A stretch of 63,750 nt of DNA, filler included, from Lenisia limosa (lineage: Eukaryota > Protista > Breviatea): assembly GCA_001655205.1 (NCBI GenBank). It is 15 parts of 15 records of this genome, joined end to end, with 100 filler letters (N's around TTAATTAATTAA, not from the genome) between each part and the next. Parts side by side here need not be neighbours in the genome. Positions count along the whole stretch, not along the records: positions 12,090 to 14,747 come from LPNZ01000385.1; positions 14,848 to 18,033 come from LPNZ01002288.1; positions 18,134 to 23,567 come from LPNZ01007605.1; positions 23,668 to 25,041 come from LPNZ01005823.1; positions 25,142 to 29,569 come from LPNZ01001814.1; 10 more parts are not named here. One strand, 5' to 3'. The translations under genes were made by a program, and so were the position numbers. The notes below the pieces were generated by a model. The model did no database searches, was not told where the DNA came from, and worked only from the letters and a program-made list of their open reading frames with translations. Position 1 is the first letter of the stretch; every line of letters starts with the position of its first letter. Positions 12,462 to 25,204 of the stretch are shown here, one piece after another.

Positions 12462-14550
12462 CCGAAAGTCCTTCTGCTGCGCAATGGTGAGCTTTGAACG
12501 TAAATCCAGTTTCTGACAGACTTGAAACCACTAAAGGGGGAACAGTATTAGTCAGTTTAAGAAATAATAGCAAAAAATAATCATTATTCTCTGAGTATGA
12601 AAAAAAAAAACAAAAACAAACTGCGTTATAGATTACCCTTCTATTTGACCAACCTGTTGCAGTTTTACCAGAGTTGTTGTCATCGTTAATAATAACAGTT
12701 ACTGCGGGAACAGTAAAAAATGGCGCGTCAAAGACAACTGTACCACTCTGATAACGTGAAAAGTATTAATCACGATGAAAACAATCACACCCGTCAATCA
12801 TCATCCATATAATAATGATTAAAAGCCTGCCCCTCCCATCTCACCACAGTAGAACCGAACTGAATGTCATCGTTGTTGAACTCGGCGGTAGGGTCTAGGG
12901 CTAAGAATGCCCCCTGTATACTTGAAGATTGGTGCAGCTGCTTTACAATAGGGTGAAATACCCCCCCCCTCCTACCCTAAACCAGCACACTTCGAGTTCC
13001 AACCCATGAGGCAGTTAACTTTTGAACTGGTCACAGACATGCCCGATCTCATTGACATGGCTTGGGAGACACTTTTAGATGCTGGGCGGTCAAAATGTGA
13101 ATGAATCAGGAGATATACAATATATATTACATGAATAAGTTTGGGAAAAGGTGAAACCAATATAAACTGATTTCAAGATATGACACAAAAGCATACTTGC
13201 ATAGGGTGTGGCAGCAATAATACCCATATCTCCGAAGGGACCAAAGTTCACACTTAAACAAGTGTAGCTACTTGATGACACTTCACCCAACTAAATTGTC
13301 AGAGAGCGGGTATGTTGAACCTGCATTAGAGCTTGTCAATAACCCAATATCAAAAAATCCTGGATAAATATCGATATTTCCCCAAAAAACATAAAGGTGT
13401 CCATATTTCACATGTCATTTTTGAATAAAAAGTCAAATCATTGTCTCATCAATCAACCAACATAAAGTTTCTCGTCAGGTGCAAGACCACTATCAAACAC
13501 AAAGACTGCCAATTTCTCCACTGATGCTTCAACCTGATAATGTCAGAATATCACCGACACAACGAAAAAATACTGCAGAGTGTCAGAATAGTGCACAGGA
13601 TCAATTAATAAAAAAAAAAGAGTGAAATGATTTGTATGAAATATTACTTCCTCTACCATGGATATTAGTAGTCGAAATAGAAATAGCCCCCCCCCTCCCC
13701 GCAAACATCACCATGGGACCGTGTCCACACTTGTAGTGTTGAACCCAGACGAAGAACAGATGCGGATGCCCTGAAGGTTAGAGAGTTTCCAAGAGGCAGA
13801 AGGAACTTTGCCACTATGGAATACGACTAGGTTTACTGACAAGAAAGCAGAGGTTGAGAGAGATACATGCAAGTAAGAGAAGAGGAAATATCCTTCTTTT
13901 ATATTGTGTTGACATCCCACATACAGTTTAGTAGAGTCAATGGCTTGTGCAAATACGTATCTGCCATCTTGATGGCTCTGGGGCAGAGTGTACGGGTTGG
14001 CCGGTGCGTCAACAAGGTAAACGGTCACGGTAGTGTAGATAGTTTTCAATATGTCGTTTTGGTGCTGAGAAGTAAGGCTAAGAGGCTAGAAGACACCACA
14101 AACCTATGGTAAAAACAAAAGAAGTTTCTATGTACATGTGCAACTATATAGCTATGCATGCACACTGTATATCATATAAATAAAACAACGTTGTATCTGG
14201 TCGAAGCCGTCCACAACATCACGCTTATAAGAGATATTGGATTATAGTATAGTAGTAATTCACCCAATCATTTGCCTTACAACTACTAAATGTATCTATT
14301 ATATGATATCATATGTTATGTATACATACATATTACATATTTGACCATGCGTCAAAAACAACGGGAAATAAGAATGTGTAGAATCTGGCAGAAGCCGTCC
14401 GTCACACTGAGAGAGATGTCAAGGACTTCTTTTTTTAAAATAAACAAATACGAAGAATTAGGAATAGCTCACACCCATCCCACTGCGATAATATCATTGA
14501 GCTCATCAACAGTGTTGGAGAGGGTGACATTGAGGGCATTCATTTCAGCC
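12462..14550 (-). CDS. Unknown multi-exon protein, beta-strand-rich; one segment resembles an H-type-lectin-like strand pattern
   Basis: About nine GT-AG exons including AEMNALNVTLSNTVDELNDII, VYLVDAPANPYTLPQSHQDGRYVFAQAIDSTKLY, VEASVEKLAVFVFDSGLAPDEKLY, DPTAEFNNDDIQFGSTV, SGTVVFDAPFFTVPAVTVIINDDNNSG; both ends cut by linkers. Confidence 0.45.
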
Positions 14551-14924
14551 TGAGGCAATAAGTAGTAGAGAGGAGCAAATGCTCATACAATCTAATGCCA
14601 TTTCAAATATATCATTTACTATATAGTATATATATATTATATATATGCTGCTCCGCATAAACCTTGTGATTAATTAAAAACTTTGTGATTAATATTTTCA
14701 AAATTTGCTTCTTTTTATTTACTTAAACCTCTTTGTTGTCCTTCTGGNNNNNNNNNNNNNNNNNNNNNNNNNNNNNNNNNNNNNNNNNNNNTTAATTAAT
14801 TAANNNNNNNNNNNNNNNNNNNNNNNNNNNNNNNNNNNNNNNNNNNNTATCGGACCGCTCTGCTCTGAAACGTTTAAAACAGGGTGCAGGATGTCCCCTG
14901 CTGTTTCCTAATTAATCAATACAG

Positions 14925-16272
14925 GGACAACACTCATTATATCTGGTGAGGCTGGAATGGGCAAGACGAACTTGACGTCGCACCTCATTTCAGCAGCACA
15001 GAAGAAAGGCTTGCTGATCTTACAGGTGGGGGGATAGATTGGCAATAATTTCTGATACGTGGACCGTTTGATAAAATGTAAAACAATATACCTATCTATA
15101 AGACTTTGACCAAGTGTGAATATCGTAAAATCCTGTTTTAATGACGAATTAGGGCTCAGCCAGTGCCTCCCGGAGAAACCAAGCCTTGTATCCCTGGCGT
15201 GAAGTAATGAAGGTTTGTGGGGGGATGAAAGATTATATCAGTATATTAGTTTTTTTCTATTTTGACAATGTATACTTTATCATTGTTGACTTTATCATTA
15301 GTATTGCCCTATTTTGACCATGTAGACTTTAATGAAAGAGAAAGGCTCTTTAGGCCCCTCGTCTGAAGCTACGCGAAGTAACACGCCTTTAGACAGTTGG
15401 CGGGATGGATGGTGATTGTATCAACTAATCACCGCACTATGTTTGGAGGATGGGGGAACATTCCTATTAATCAACCAAAATGAAATGTTTTACCGCAACA
15501 CAGTTACTCTTTGAGTGTTGAGTTAATGTTTTACTTTCACAATACGCTGGAGTAATACGTTTCCAATGATGTGACTAACCCAACTTTTTGTTGGTTTTAA
15601 GCCACGTGTTTTAAAGTGTTTAACCAACAGTGGGCTTGTTCTAACAGAGTTGATTTGAGCTTTTTTACTTCATAAATTTTCAAATTTTACCCCCCCCCCC
15701 TCCGCAGCTGATGCGATGACTACTGCTCACGATCTCCGTCTCATTAGAACGCTCAGTACCCACCCCAAAGTAGGAATATGGGGCTAACTGCATTGGGATT
15801 AAAACGAATCAAAAACACACCTTTAAGCCTTCTATTAAGCAACACTACTATCTACACCGTGTTCACCTTCCAGAAACCTTCAGAATCGCGCACGTGCATT
15901 ACGCCAGAACCGACGGGTATGCTATCATCTTTTGCTGTGTTTTTGCCATGTTCTACTTCATAACACAAAACTTATCCAGCGGGGAACCCTTAAAACATAA
16001 ACACCAGGCCTGTTTACTTACTTATTACTCGAATCCATTTGTGTTTCTATGTTTGTTTCACTCTCACCCCTTTAGCTACGACTCGAGTGACAGAAGCAAG
16101 AAGTTGGAGGGGAGAGGGGAGGACAACAACAAGACATATTATTATATACTCGATACCAGATACCATCATAAATTCAATCAGAAGGGCATTGTATGACTGT
16201 TTAGAGCCCAACTTCTCAACGGACGATCTCGACTCCCCGCTTTCCCAAGCCGACTTCACCCAAAAGTGGCTG
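14925..16272 (+). CDS. P-loop NTPase fragment of the soluble adenylyl/guanylyl cyclase (ADCY10-like) STAND type
   Basis: Walker A exon TTLIISGEAGMGKTNLTSHLISAAQKKGLLILQ followed by GSASASRRNQALYPWREVMK, the spacing typical of AAA_16 domains of sAC/sGC proteins; later exons less certain. Confidence 0.55.
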
Positions 16273-16942
16273 GGCTATTCAGTTTTATTGAATAAGATGG
16301 TGAAAACAAAATCAAAGAAAATTGCTAAGATAGAAACGTTTGAATATATAAAGTTATAGCTTAACTATGGAATGAAGATAGTGCTTGGAATGGCATCAAA
16401 CATTGCTTCTCACACTCGTCAGAAAGAAACCTACTCGTTTGAGCGATATTCGACCACCTCGATTGATTGTAAGAAGGGGAGTTGATTGTAAGGAGGGGAG
16501 TTGAAAGACTCATTTGTTTAAAGTGGCGTGTTTTTCTCATTTTTCATCTTTTTAACCCCAGAAGCGACTGGCCTGGGCTTTGNNNNNNNNNNNNNNNNNN
16601 NNNNNNNNNNNNNNNNNNNNNNNNNNNNNNNNNNNNNNNNNNNNNNNNNNNNNNNNNNNNNNNNNNNNNNNNNNCCCCCTTCTTCAGGCCACGCCGTCAA
16701 AAACCCCATTTGAATCATTTCTGTCCAGTATTTCCACAAGTTCCCCCACCCTTTCAAGGTTGGCACTGTTCCGCTTCGGATGAATTGCATCATTCATACA
16801 CATTATATTTTATTCAGGTTCATATACTGTACATTGACTGGGAATAGTTTACCAATTTCAATGGAGAATCGTTGAGCAAATAATCCCGGTCATTTTTATC
16901 TATTGACTTTCTAGAAGGACCCTCCCTCCCCTCAGCTCCACC

Positions 16943-17958
16943 ATGCCTCTTTTTTCGCCCTCGCATAGGTGAGTAATCGTTCACCCCATGCGTCGCCTTT
17001 CTTTTTTTTGCATTTTCATTGTTTTCGTTTTCTTTCTCGTGTGTTTTCGTTTTTTTTTTGGATACCTCTGCAACTTATGAATTGGAATTGCGTTTGGTAG
17101 AGGATAAAGGAAAACGGGCTTCCTGTGAGTGTATGTAACTTTTAACCCTCTAGTTCCACATCACCCGTCATATCACCCGCCTCTCTTCGATTCCGCCCCT
17201 CCGGCCGCGCNNNNNNNNNNNNNNNNNNNNNNNNNNNNNNNNNNNNNNNNNNNNNNNNNNNNNNNNNNNNNNNNNNNNNNNNNNNNNNNNNNNCTATCAT
17301 TATTTCACTGGTTGTTTTCGAGCCGAAGTGGGGTTTGAATTTGGCTGACTTCAAAACTGAGATGCATGGCTTTGTTTCCTGATCCTTGGACTCCATACCC
17401 CACCACCCTCCACCTTCATCAAGAGTTCTCTCTTCACGTTTCTACTCCTCAAGCCCCCTGCATATTCTCAAGTTGACCTCATATCCTCATTTTGCTCACA
17501 TTCCAGGCCTGACTTCTCACCGGATGAGCTGTGTCGACCCTCTCCTCCCGCAAAGCGAAGTCCCCCTGTCCAAGTGAAGGGGTGATTCAGTTATATCTAG
17601 GGCTTCACTTCGGTTCGAAAAAAAAGACTAAATTTCTCGATAAATCCTCGAAAACTATCGATATTTTACTGGTCTTTTTCGAACCTTAGTAAAGCCCTAG
17701 TTTTATCTTGAGAGAGGGGGTGATTCAGTGTTAAGGGGTGGGGGGATGGTGTTGAAAAGGAGTACGTTAAATAAAAGAACCAAAAATATGAATGCTCTGT
17801 TAAAAGTGGACCACACTTACGATATTAGGACCCTACTCCCACCCCGGGCATTCCCCTAGGCACACGATGGCCCACATGGCCCTCCAAACAGCCCTTGAGA
17901 CGTCAGCGAATACCTAAGGAAAGCACTGTTGCCGGCCTGAGTGACACCGTCATGCAGG
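16943..17958 (+). CDS. Unknown gene 5' region
   Basis: CCACCATG start, MPLFRPRI then GTGAGT donor; later exons RPDFSPDELCRPSPPAKRSPPVQVK and TRWPTWPSKQPLRRQRIPKESTVAGLSDTVMQ. Confidence 0.3.
17598..17699. mobile_element. hAT-like MITE family A1 with 8-bp TSD
   Basis: TAGGGCTTCACTTCGGTTCGAAAAAAAGAC...GTCTTTTTCGAACCTTAGTAAAGCCCTA; flanks GTTATATC / GTTTTATC. Confidence 0.85.
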
Positions 17959-18285
17959 TTTGCCCCTAAATGATTAGGGAATAGTTTGCCTTAAATGAAC
18001 AGTACTGTTGTAAATCGCTCCCCTCAACTAGTANNNNNNNNNNNNNNNNNNNNNNNNNNNNNNNNNNNNNNNNNNNNTTAATTAATTAANNNNNNNNNNN
18101 NNNNNNNNNNNNNNNNNNNNNNNNNNNNNNNNNTACCTAAAATATGCATAAAATCATGCACATATTCTCCCATTAAATAATTACGAACCTGGGGGTGCCA
18201 AGCATCTTATTCTGGGAGATACTGACCCCCCCTTGTAACTAAATAAAACACAAAATATTTAATGAAAATAACAAAAAATACGAAC

Positions 18286-20747
18286 CTGGGTTGTACCACT
18301 CTTCTTATCCAGAGCGATTCTAGACTGGACGCGGTCGGCAACGGAGCCGAAGGTCTGGTCCCACCCCTCAATGGGGTTACGCCGAGCCTGGGGGGGGGGG
18401 GGTAAAATNNNNNNNNNNNNNNNNNNNNNNNNNNNNNNNNNNNNNNNNNNNNNNNNNNNNNNNNNNNNNNNNNNNNNNNNNNNNNNNNNNNNNNNNNNNN
18501 NNNNNNNNNNNNNNNNNNNNNNNNTAACAACACACGAGAGTTGATTATAAATAAAGGACCAAATTACATAACTAGGGCTTCACTTCGGTTCAAAAATACC
18601 GGCAAAATATCGATATTTCTCGAAGAGTTATCGACAAATTCGGTCTTTTTTTCGAACCGAAGTGAAGCCCTATGTAAACCCCCCTCCCATCCCACCATTT
18701 CAATTGGATTGAGCCCGATAATACAAGAAACAGTGTTCTTCCTCTGGAGACAAATATCTAGTTGGCCGGCAACGTACCTACAAAAATCAGTTCAAAATGC
18801 AAAAATCAATTCAAAATGCAAAAAGTAATTAAAAAATTATCCAAAAAATACCTTCCTCCATACACACCCCCTGACCAAGCAGAGAGCCCGCACGAGATTC
18901 CGACATATACTACATGGTCCACGTTCTCAATGACTTTCATTAAATCAGCTCCTCCTGGGGGGGGGGGATTACAATTGGAATTTTTTTAACAAAATGCCCA
19001 AAATCAACTCTGTTGGCTAAAAACAGACGACGGCAGATCATAATTCCGACTTCTACTCCGTACCGGCTTGAGGGTCATCTTCCTTGGCTTCAAGAGATGC
19101 CATAATGGCGGGGTCGCCTCCCGCAATAAGATACGCGAATGCCTTTGCGTAGCCCTGCGTTCATTGTTAAAAAGATCTGTATATTATATGACGACTCCNN
19201 NNNNNNNNNNNNNNNNNNNNNNNNNNNNNNNNNNNNNNNNNNNNNNNNNNNNNNNNNNNNNNNNNNNNNNNNNNNNNNNNNNNNNNNNNNNNNNNNNNNN
19301 NNNNNNNNNNNGTTGGTAAATCACATAGCAAATCGGTCAAGACTTACCCGGTCACTGTACATATACCACACCAAACCATAGTCCCCCCCCTACGTTATTG
19401 ACCAGAATTGTGTTCATCATCCGAGCCAGCATGAACGCCAAACGGCCACTGGTACCGCTGCCGCTTACTACCGCGCGTACGTCCGGGCTGGGGGGGGGGG
19501 GGNNNNNNNNNNNNNNNNNNNNNNNNNNNNNNNNNNNNNNNNNNNNNNNNNNNNNNNNNNNNNNNNNNNNNNNNNNNNNNNNNNNNNNNNNNNNNNNNNN
19601 NNNNNNNNNNNNNNNNNNNNNNNNNNNNNNNNNNNNNNNNNNNNNNNNNNNNNNNNNNNNNNNNNNNNNNNNNNNNNNNNNNNNNNNNNNNNNNNNNCCA
19701 GTCGCTTCTGCAGCACCGCATCCCATCACTCCAGGGGGGGGGTAAATATATGATGTCTAATCCATGCATAATATATAGCCATGAGAAATAAACAAAAAGG
19801 TTATATCAGGCCGAAGCCGCCCACTCCATCTTGTGTTTGTTAAGCCCACAGACCTCCATCCCGATCCCTTCTGGACTTTGGCCATGATATCGCCGCAGAC
19901 AGCCCAAAAGTCTGTGATAGTGGCCTGCATTGAGAGGCTGAAGAGGGATTCAAACTGCGCCGGTCAAATATCGATATTTATTGAGGATTTATCGAGATAT
20001 TCGGTCTTTTTGGGACCGTAGGGAAGCCCTGAATCACCATCCTACCCTCCCGCACATAGAGCGTGGTAATGTGTTTATGGTAACCCTATGTTTTCCTTTT
20101 TCTAATGTATACTATTTCTCTTGTTTCAAAAAATAACCCCTGTTCAGAAATACTGAACCTCCACCAGCCTCTTTAAACCGCCTGAACCTCCGCCAACCTC
20201 TTCAAACTGGTTGAACATCTGGTAGTCGGCCTGGGACAGAAGAGTCACTATTTGGTCGGCTGAAGAAATGTCCAGCTCTATGCAGTAAGAAAAACGACCA
20301 GAATAATGGAGCAATTTTTGAATATCACGAGAATATTCAATTACATATATCTGTGACTATATAGTGAGAACATTCAATTGCACCATTTGAATGAATAGTG
20401 AGTGAGGGTGTTGAATTACATATATCTGTGAACACTTTAATTTCAGTAAAGTCTCTATTGAAACTAGGATCATAGAGATCCAGCGGTTGACTACAAAAAG
20501 AAACCTCCACAGAAAACGACAGAAACAGGAGGACTTCATGAACACACTTAGATAAATCGTGAATGCTAAAAAGGAATTGCATATATCTGTAACTATATAC
20601 CAAGGTTGTTCAATTACATCTTTCTGAAAATATATCATGAAGATGCTCAATTGCATCTATCTGAGGTAATAAAAAACGATTTCACCCCAGCCAGATCAGA
20701 CCTTTGGTGAGAGGGTTAGGTCTCTCGGTCACACGGAGAGTCGCCAT
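18286..20747 (-). CDS. GCKR: Glucokinase regulatory protein-like (SIS fold, MurQ-related), 3' truncated
   Basis: Exons in GKRP order: MATLRVTERPNPLTK; ELDISSADQIVTLLSQADYQMF; VRAVVSGSGTSGRLAFMLARMMN; AFAYLIAGGDPAIMASLEAKEDD; HVVYVGISCGLSA; YVAGQLDICL...VSCIIGLNPIEM; ARRNPIEGWDQTFGSVADR. Confidence 0.8.
18573..18672. mobile_element. hAT-like MITE family A1
   Basis: TAGGGCTTCACTTCGGTTC...CGAACCGAAGTGAAGCCCTA inside a GCKR-like intron. Confidence 0.8.
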
Positions 20748-21917
20748 ATCGGTTCAATATCCTCTCTAAAATATCAATCAATTTCAGGTAGGGGACTGGA
20801 AGGGGTGGAAGGGGGAAAACTTGCGGGCTTATTCGATTGCGTGCGACGTCAGCGCTCAGATTTCTTTATGGCTTTTCATTCCCGTCCCGGGTGATATTAT
20901 GGTACGTACTGATTTTCAAAATTGCTAGTGATATGTCACAAAAAAAACTATATAAACCCGGCTCCGGCTAGGGAAACCGTAAACGAAGTCACGAAAGTCG
21001 AATTTCGCCTTCGTAAAAAAAATGTGAAACCAGGAAGCAAAACCTCATCTAATGTAAAACTTTTTTGTGCAAAATGCCATTTTTTCACTATGAATAACTG
21101 CGAAAAGTTATATAAAAAAAAAAATTAGTGCCATTACTTATCTCACGCACTGTAGNNNNNNNNNNNNNNNNNNNNNNNNNNNNNNNNNNNNNNNNNNNNN
21201 NNNNNNNNNNNNNNNNNNNNNNNNNACAAAACTGCCGGGGGGAGGGGGAGTGACTAAAAATGCCGCACCAGCGATTTCATTTCGAAAACAATTCTACTTT
21301 CTCCTTCATAATCAAAGATCGCTGGTTACAAGGTCACCACGAGGTGGACAAGAGTGTTCGAGAACATCAGACTGGTGAATAAAAAAACTCCCTTGGGATG
21401 AAAAAAAAAAAAGCCTATTCCATGACTCGAACTGACCTTTCCCAAAAGCCATGAAATATTTTAGTTAAATTCTAGTTAAATAACCAAAATGAGTGTTTGC
21501 GCGACGTGGCGTACCGAGAAGTCACTGCCCCCCCGCTTTTCTAGCTTTCTCTTCTCCTGACGACCACCACCAAGGGGCGACACAGATACCAGATGAAGTA
21601 CCGCGCAGACTTGCGAAGAATTATTTAACGCAACGATTGCGACGGAGACGATTTACGGAGCCGAGTAGTTCGGAATCGGGGCTGGGAAGACCTGGCGCAA
21701 TATGCGCGCGCGACGCAAATCCTGCAACAAAGCTGAAATTGGAACTTGGAGCCGGCACCAGCCAAACGTTTTTTTGCAGTGCGTGAACTTTAGTCCAACC
21801 TGTGCGACCCCCTGAGTGCCCCCTGACCACCACACGTGCACCACACACACCACACCAATCAGTCGTCTGTTGCAGATCTGTCGGATAAAATAAGAAAACT
21901 CGATTGTCACGGTCACC

Positions 21918-23567
21918 ATGGCAGCTTTGGATGATCTCGACCTTCCGGGGCAGCTACAGAAGGGAATTGATGAGATCATTGTCCACTTGTATACGACAAT
22001 TGGCCTGATTCAGCGTGATGCGCCACCGATTAATGCTAATGGTTGGTGGTATCTTGATTTGTGCCATGGTGGAAATTCTACATCATATGAAAATGATCTT
22101 GACTGTGGGAACTAATATCATCAAATCATATTGTGAATATTGAATCATAAGGTAAATCTTTTAGAAATGAAACAAGGTAATAACTACGACTTCGTAATCA
22201 CAGTGTCTGAGGAGCCCTAGTAATAACGTATTCAGGTCAAAGAACTGCAACCGTTCCGGCGCATCTTACTGATGGTGGGTCTCATAATTAGACTTCACTT
22301 CGGTTCGAAAAATGATCAAATTTTTCAATAAATCCTCAAAACTATCGATATTAGATATTATGCCGTTCTTTTTAGAACCGAAGTGAAGCCCTACATAATC
22401 CTAACTCATCCCCATTTCCAAAACTCTGGGGGAAAAGAGCCAAAACACTACTATCAAATTCAAGAAATGCCCTCAAACTCTGGGCTTTCATTTTTATTTT
22501 CTAACCCATGCAGAGAAGATCAAAGCATCTGCTGAAGAGCTGATGAAGATCTTCAGAGGGCTCAATTCGAGGATAACGAAGGAGCTCGCGTTTGAGCCGC
22601 AAAAGTTTGTTTCTAGATCATAAGAGATTAGGTTCGACTTTAGATTTTAAAATAGACTGAAATCTCGATAAATCCTCAATAAATATCGATATTTATCACA
22701 TATCTCTTGGAAGCGAAAGTGAAACTCTGCCATATTTAGGGCTTCCCTACGGTCCGAAAAAGACTGGTAAAATATCGATATTTATCGAGGATTTATCGAG
22801 AAATTTGGTCTTTTTGGGACCGTAGGGAAGCTCTGCTATATTAAAGGATACTAAAGAGTTCTGATACAGAACAAAGGAGCAACGTATAATCTGGGCTTCA
22901 CTTCGGTCCGAAAAAGACTGGTAAATATTGATATTTATCGAAGATTTATCGACAAATTCGGTCATTTTTGGGACCGAGTGAAGCCCCATCTCCGGATATT
23001 TCTAAAGCCTGTTAGACAGAACTAATCAACCGAATAGCAAAAAATTCATTTCTACATATTACTTATATGTTTGTAAATCAGGTCAGGCAAAACTACATCC
23101 ACTGAATAGCCACATATCATACTTCATATTTTGAGGCAGCACTTATCTCTCCCATTTTTATTACAAATATACAATTTCTCTACACATAGATATGCATATG
23201 TTTCAAAATTTGAGGCAGCACTTTTTCATTGGATAGCAAAAGTTCCTACATGTTTACACATTATTTACATATTTATAAATCCATTGTTAGACTAGCCTAC
23301 TTTCTGGGGGGGGGGGGAGTACAATTGGAAAATTATATGAAACAAAAAAAAATACACTACATGTTTTTAAATATTTCTTAATCATGGCAGAAAGTACCTC
23401 ATCATCCAAATAGCCCAACATTTCATAGACTTCCTCGTTTCTCATATTTAACACTACATGTTTCTTAATAATATCAGGCAACACTACATCAACCGAATAG
23501 CGGCCGTGGAAGCCGAAAGCGAAAAAATCATTCAGCGGGCTCGTGAAGTGGTCGATACTGCTGGTTT
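21918..23567 (+). CDS. MED21: Mediator subunit 21 (Srb7)-like, tentative
   Basis: MAALDDLDLPGQLQKGIDEIIVHLYTTIGLIQRDAPP resembles the MED21 N-terminus (LTQLQ..V......F...IG.LQ..APP); followed by helical exons EKIKASAEELMKIFRGLNSRITKEL and RIAAVEAESEKIIQRAREVVD. Confidence 0.45.
22630..22988. mobile_element. Three tandem family A MITEs (degenerate, A2, A1/A2 hybrid)
   Basis: ~22630-22728, 22737-22835 (flanks GCCATATT / GCTATATT), 22891-22988; a further copy at 22289-22393. Confidence 0.75.
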
Positions 23568-24327
23568 NNNNNNNNNNNNNNNNNNNNNNNNNNNNNNNNN
23601 NNNNNNNNNNNTTAATTAATTAANNNNNNNNNNNNNNNNNNNNNNNNNNNNNNNNNNNNNNNNNNNNAAGGCAATTTCGATGAAGAATATTGGCGTAACG
23701 GTAATAATGGGAACGGGGTTTTCAACACAACTTATACATATATTTGATCAGAGTGTCTCTGCTATAGGCAGAGATCAGAAATAAAACAAGATGATATGAT
23801 GAGTCTTGCCGTAAGATTTGTTGAAGTCCTATTGGGAAAAAAAAACTTGTATATTTATTACCCTAATATTGTCACTATATGTAATACTTATATGAAAAGT
23901 CAATACCCCCGGTTGATCAAATAAATTTATCGTCTATTCATCAAAATCAATAAATATCTCTCCGTATGCATTTTTACCTACAGTTGGGCTGCAGAGAACC
24001 AGTGAAGAAGAAGAAGGGAAAGAACTAGAAGAACTTTCATTTTGCTATCTTGCTACCTTTTGCGTTATAGCTCTTAAATCTTTGTTTAACAATTTTTCAA
24101 TTTTTTAAAATTGCATAATTGTGCAAACACACACAACAAAAAGAATTAGTTCAACAAGGTCACAACTCCCCCCAGGTTCTAAAGCTGACCCTATTGAGAC
24201 TGTCACTCGTTTGTTCCTTTTCAGTTGTGAATGTGAGAGAGGGGAGTAGGGTTTATAATAGTGCTATTTGATTTTTTTGTAGAGATCTATATTTGACAGT
24301 GTATCTTCTATTTGCCTTAAGCCTAAT

Positions 24328-24947
24328 ATGGTCGTAAAAAAGGCGAAACCAGGCAAACAGCAGTCTATTGCAGCATTTTTTAAGCCGGCTAAAGCAAAGG
24401 TTGATTCTGTTGTTACGCAGCCAGTCAAAGCCAGTCCCCTTCCTGCTCCTACTAAGGACAAAGATGCACCAGTAACCCCTTCTAAGCCAGTGGCGGTTTC
24501 ACCAAAACCTTCCCCTCACCAAACTCCTTCTGATCCTTCCTCGACCTTAGCAGCCCCCACAGTCACCCCAGTCAAGCGCGTCTTGAAAGATGCCAATGGC
24601 ACCCCCAAGAAGCGTCGTGTTATTATAGACAGTGATTCAGATGAAGGTTTGAGGCTGTATTACAAATTAGCTAATGATGTAAAGTAAGTATAATTACTTT
24701 CACCTTTGATGTAAAGAATGGGAGTGTAAAGCTTCGGTCTGACAACCTTGTTTTATTTTTCATCTCTGCGTACTAAATTATGATCTACTCGGTGTAATCC
24801 CCTCCACAGAACCCAGCATGATCCAGGAAGATGACGCCTATGTTGATGATGAAGGCAGCCACGATGATGAAGACGAAGATGATGATCTTGATGATCTTGG
24901 AGAAGAGGAAAGTGGAGAAGAGAATGACGATAATGCCATTTCGGGGC
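24328..24947 (+). CDS. N-terminus of a PCNA-interacting nuclear replication/repair protein (MSH6-, RFC1- or LIG1-like)
   Basis: PIP box QQSIAAFF near the start, Pro/Ser/Thr linker, basic motif KKRRVIIDSDSDE, then an acidic exon; the catalytic part is lost at the linker. Confidence 0.5.
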
Positions 24948-25204
24948 GTAAACAATTAGTTCAAACCGGCAATGGTTGGTTTTAGCAGGTTTTGTTCAGA
25001 TACTACCGGGTTTTAGTTCTCATTGTAATCCCCCCGACCTCNNNNNNNNNNNNNNNNNNNNNNNNNNNNNNNNNNNNNNNNNNNNTTAATTAATTAANNN
25101 NNNNNNNNNNNNNNNNNNNNNNNNNNNNNNNNNNNNNNNNNCATGATCTGCCAGAGATGCGAGTTTTGCTGGTTTCAAAGGAGTGACGCCTTTCCATCTC
25201 CCCA

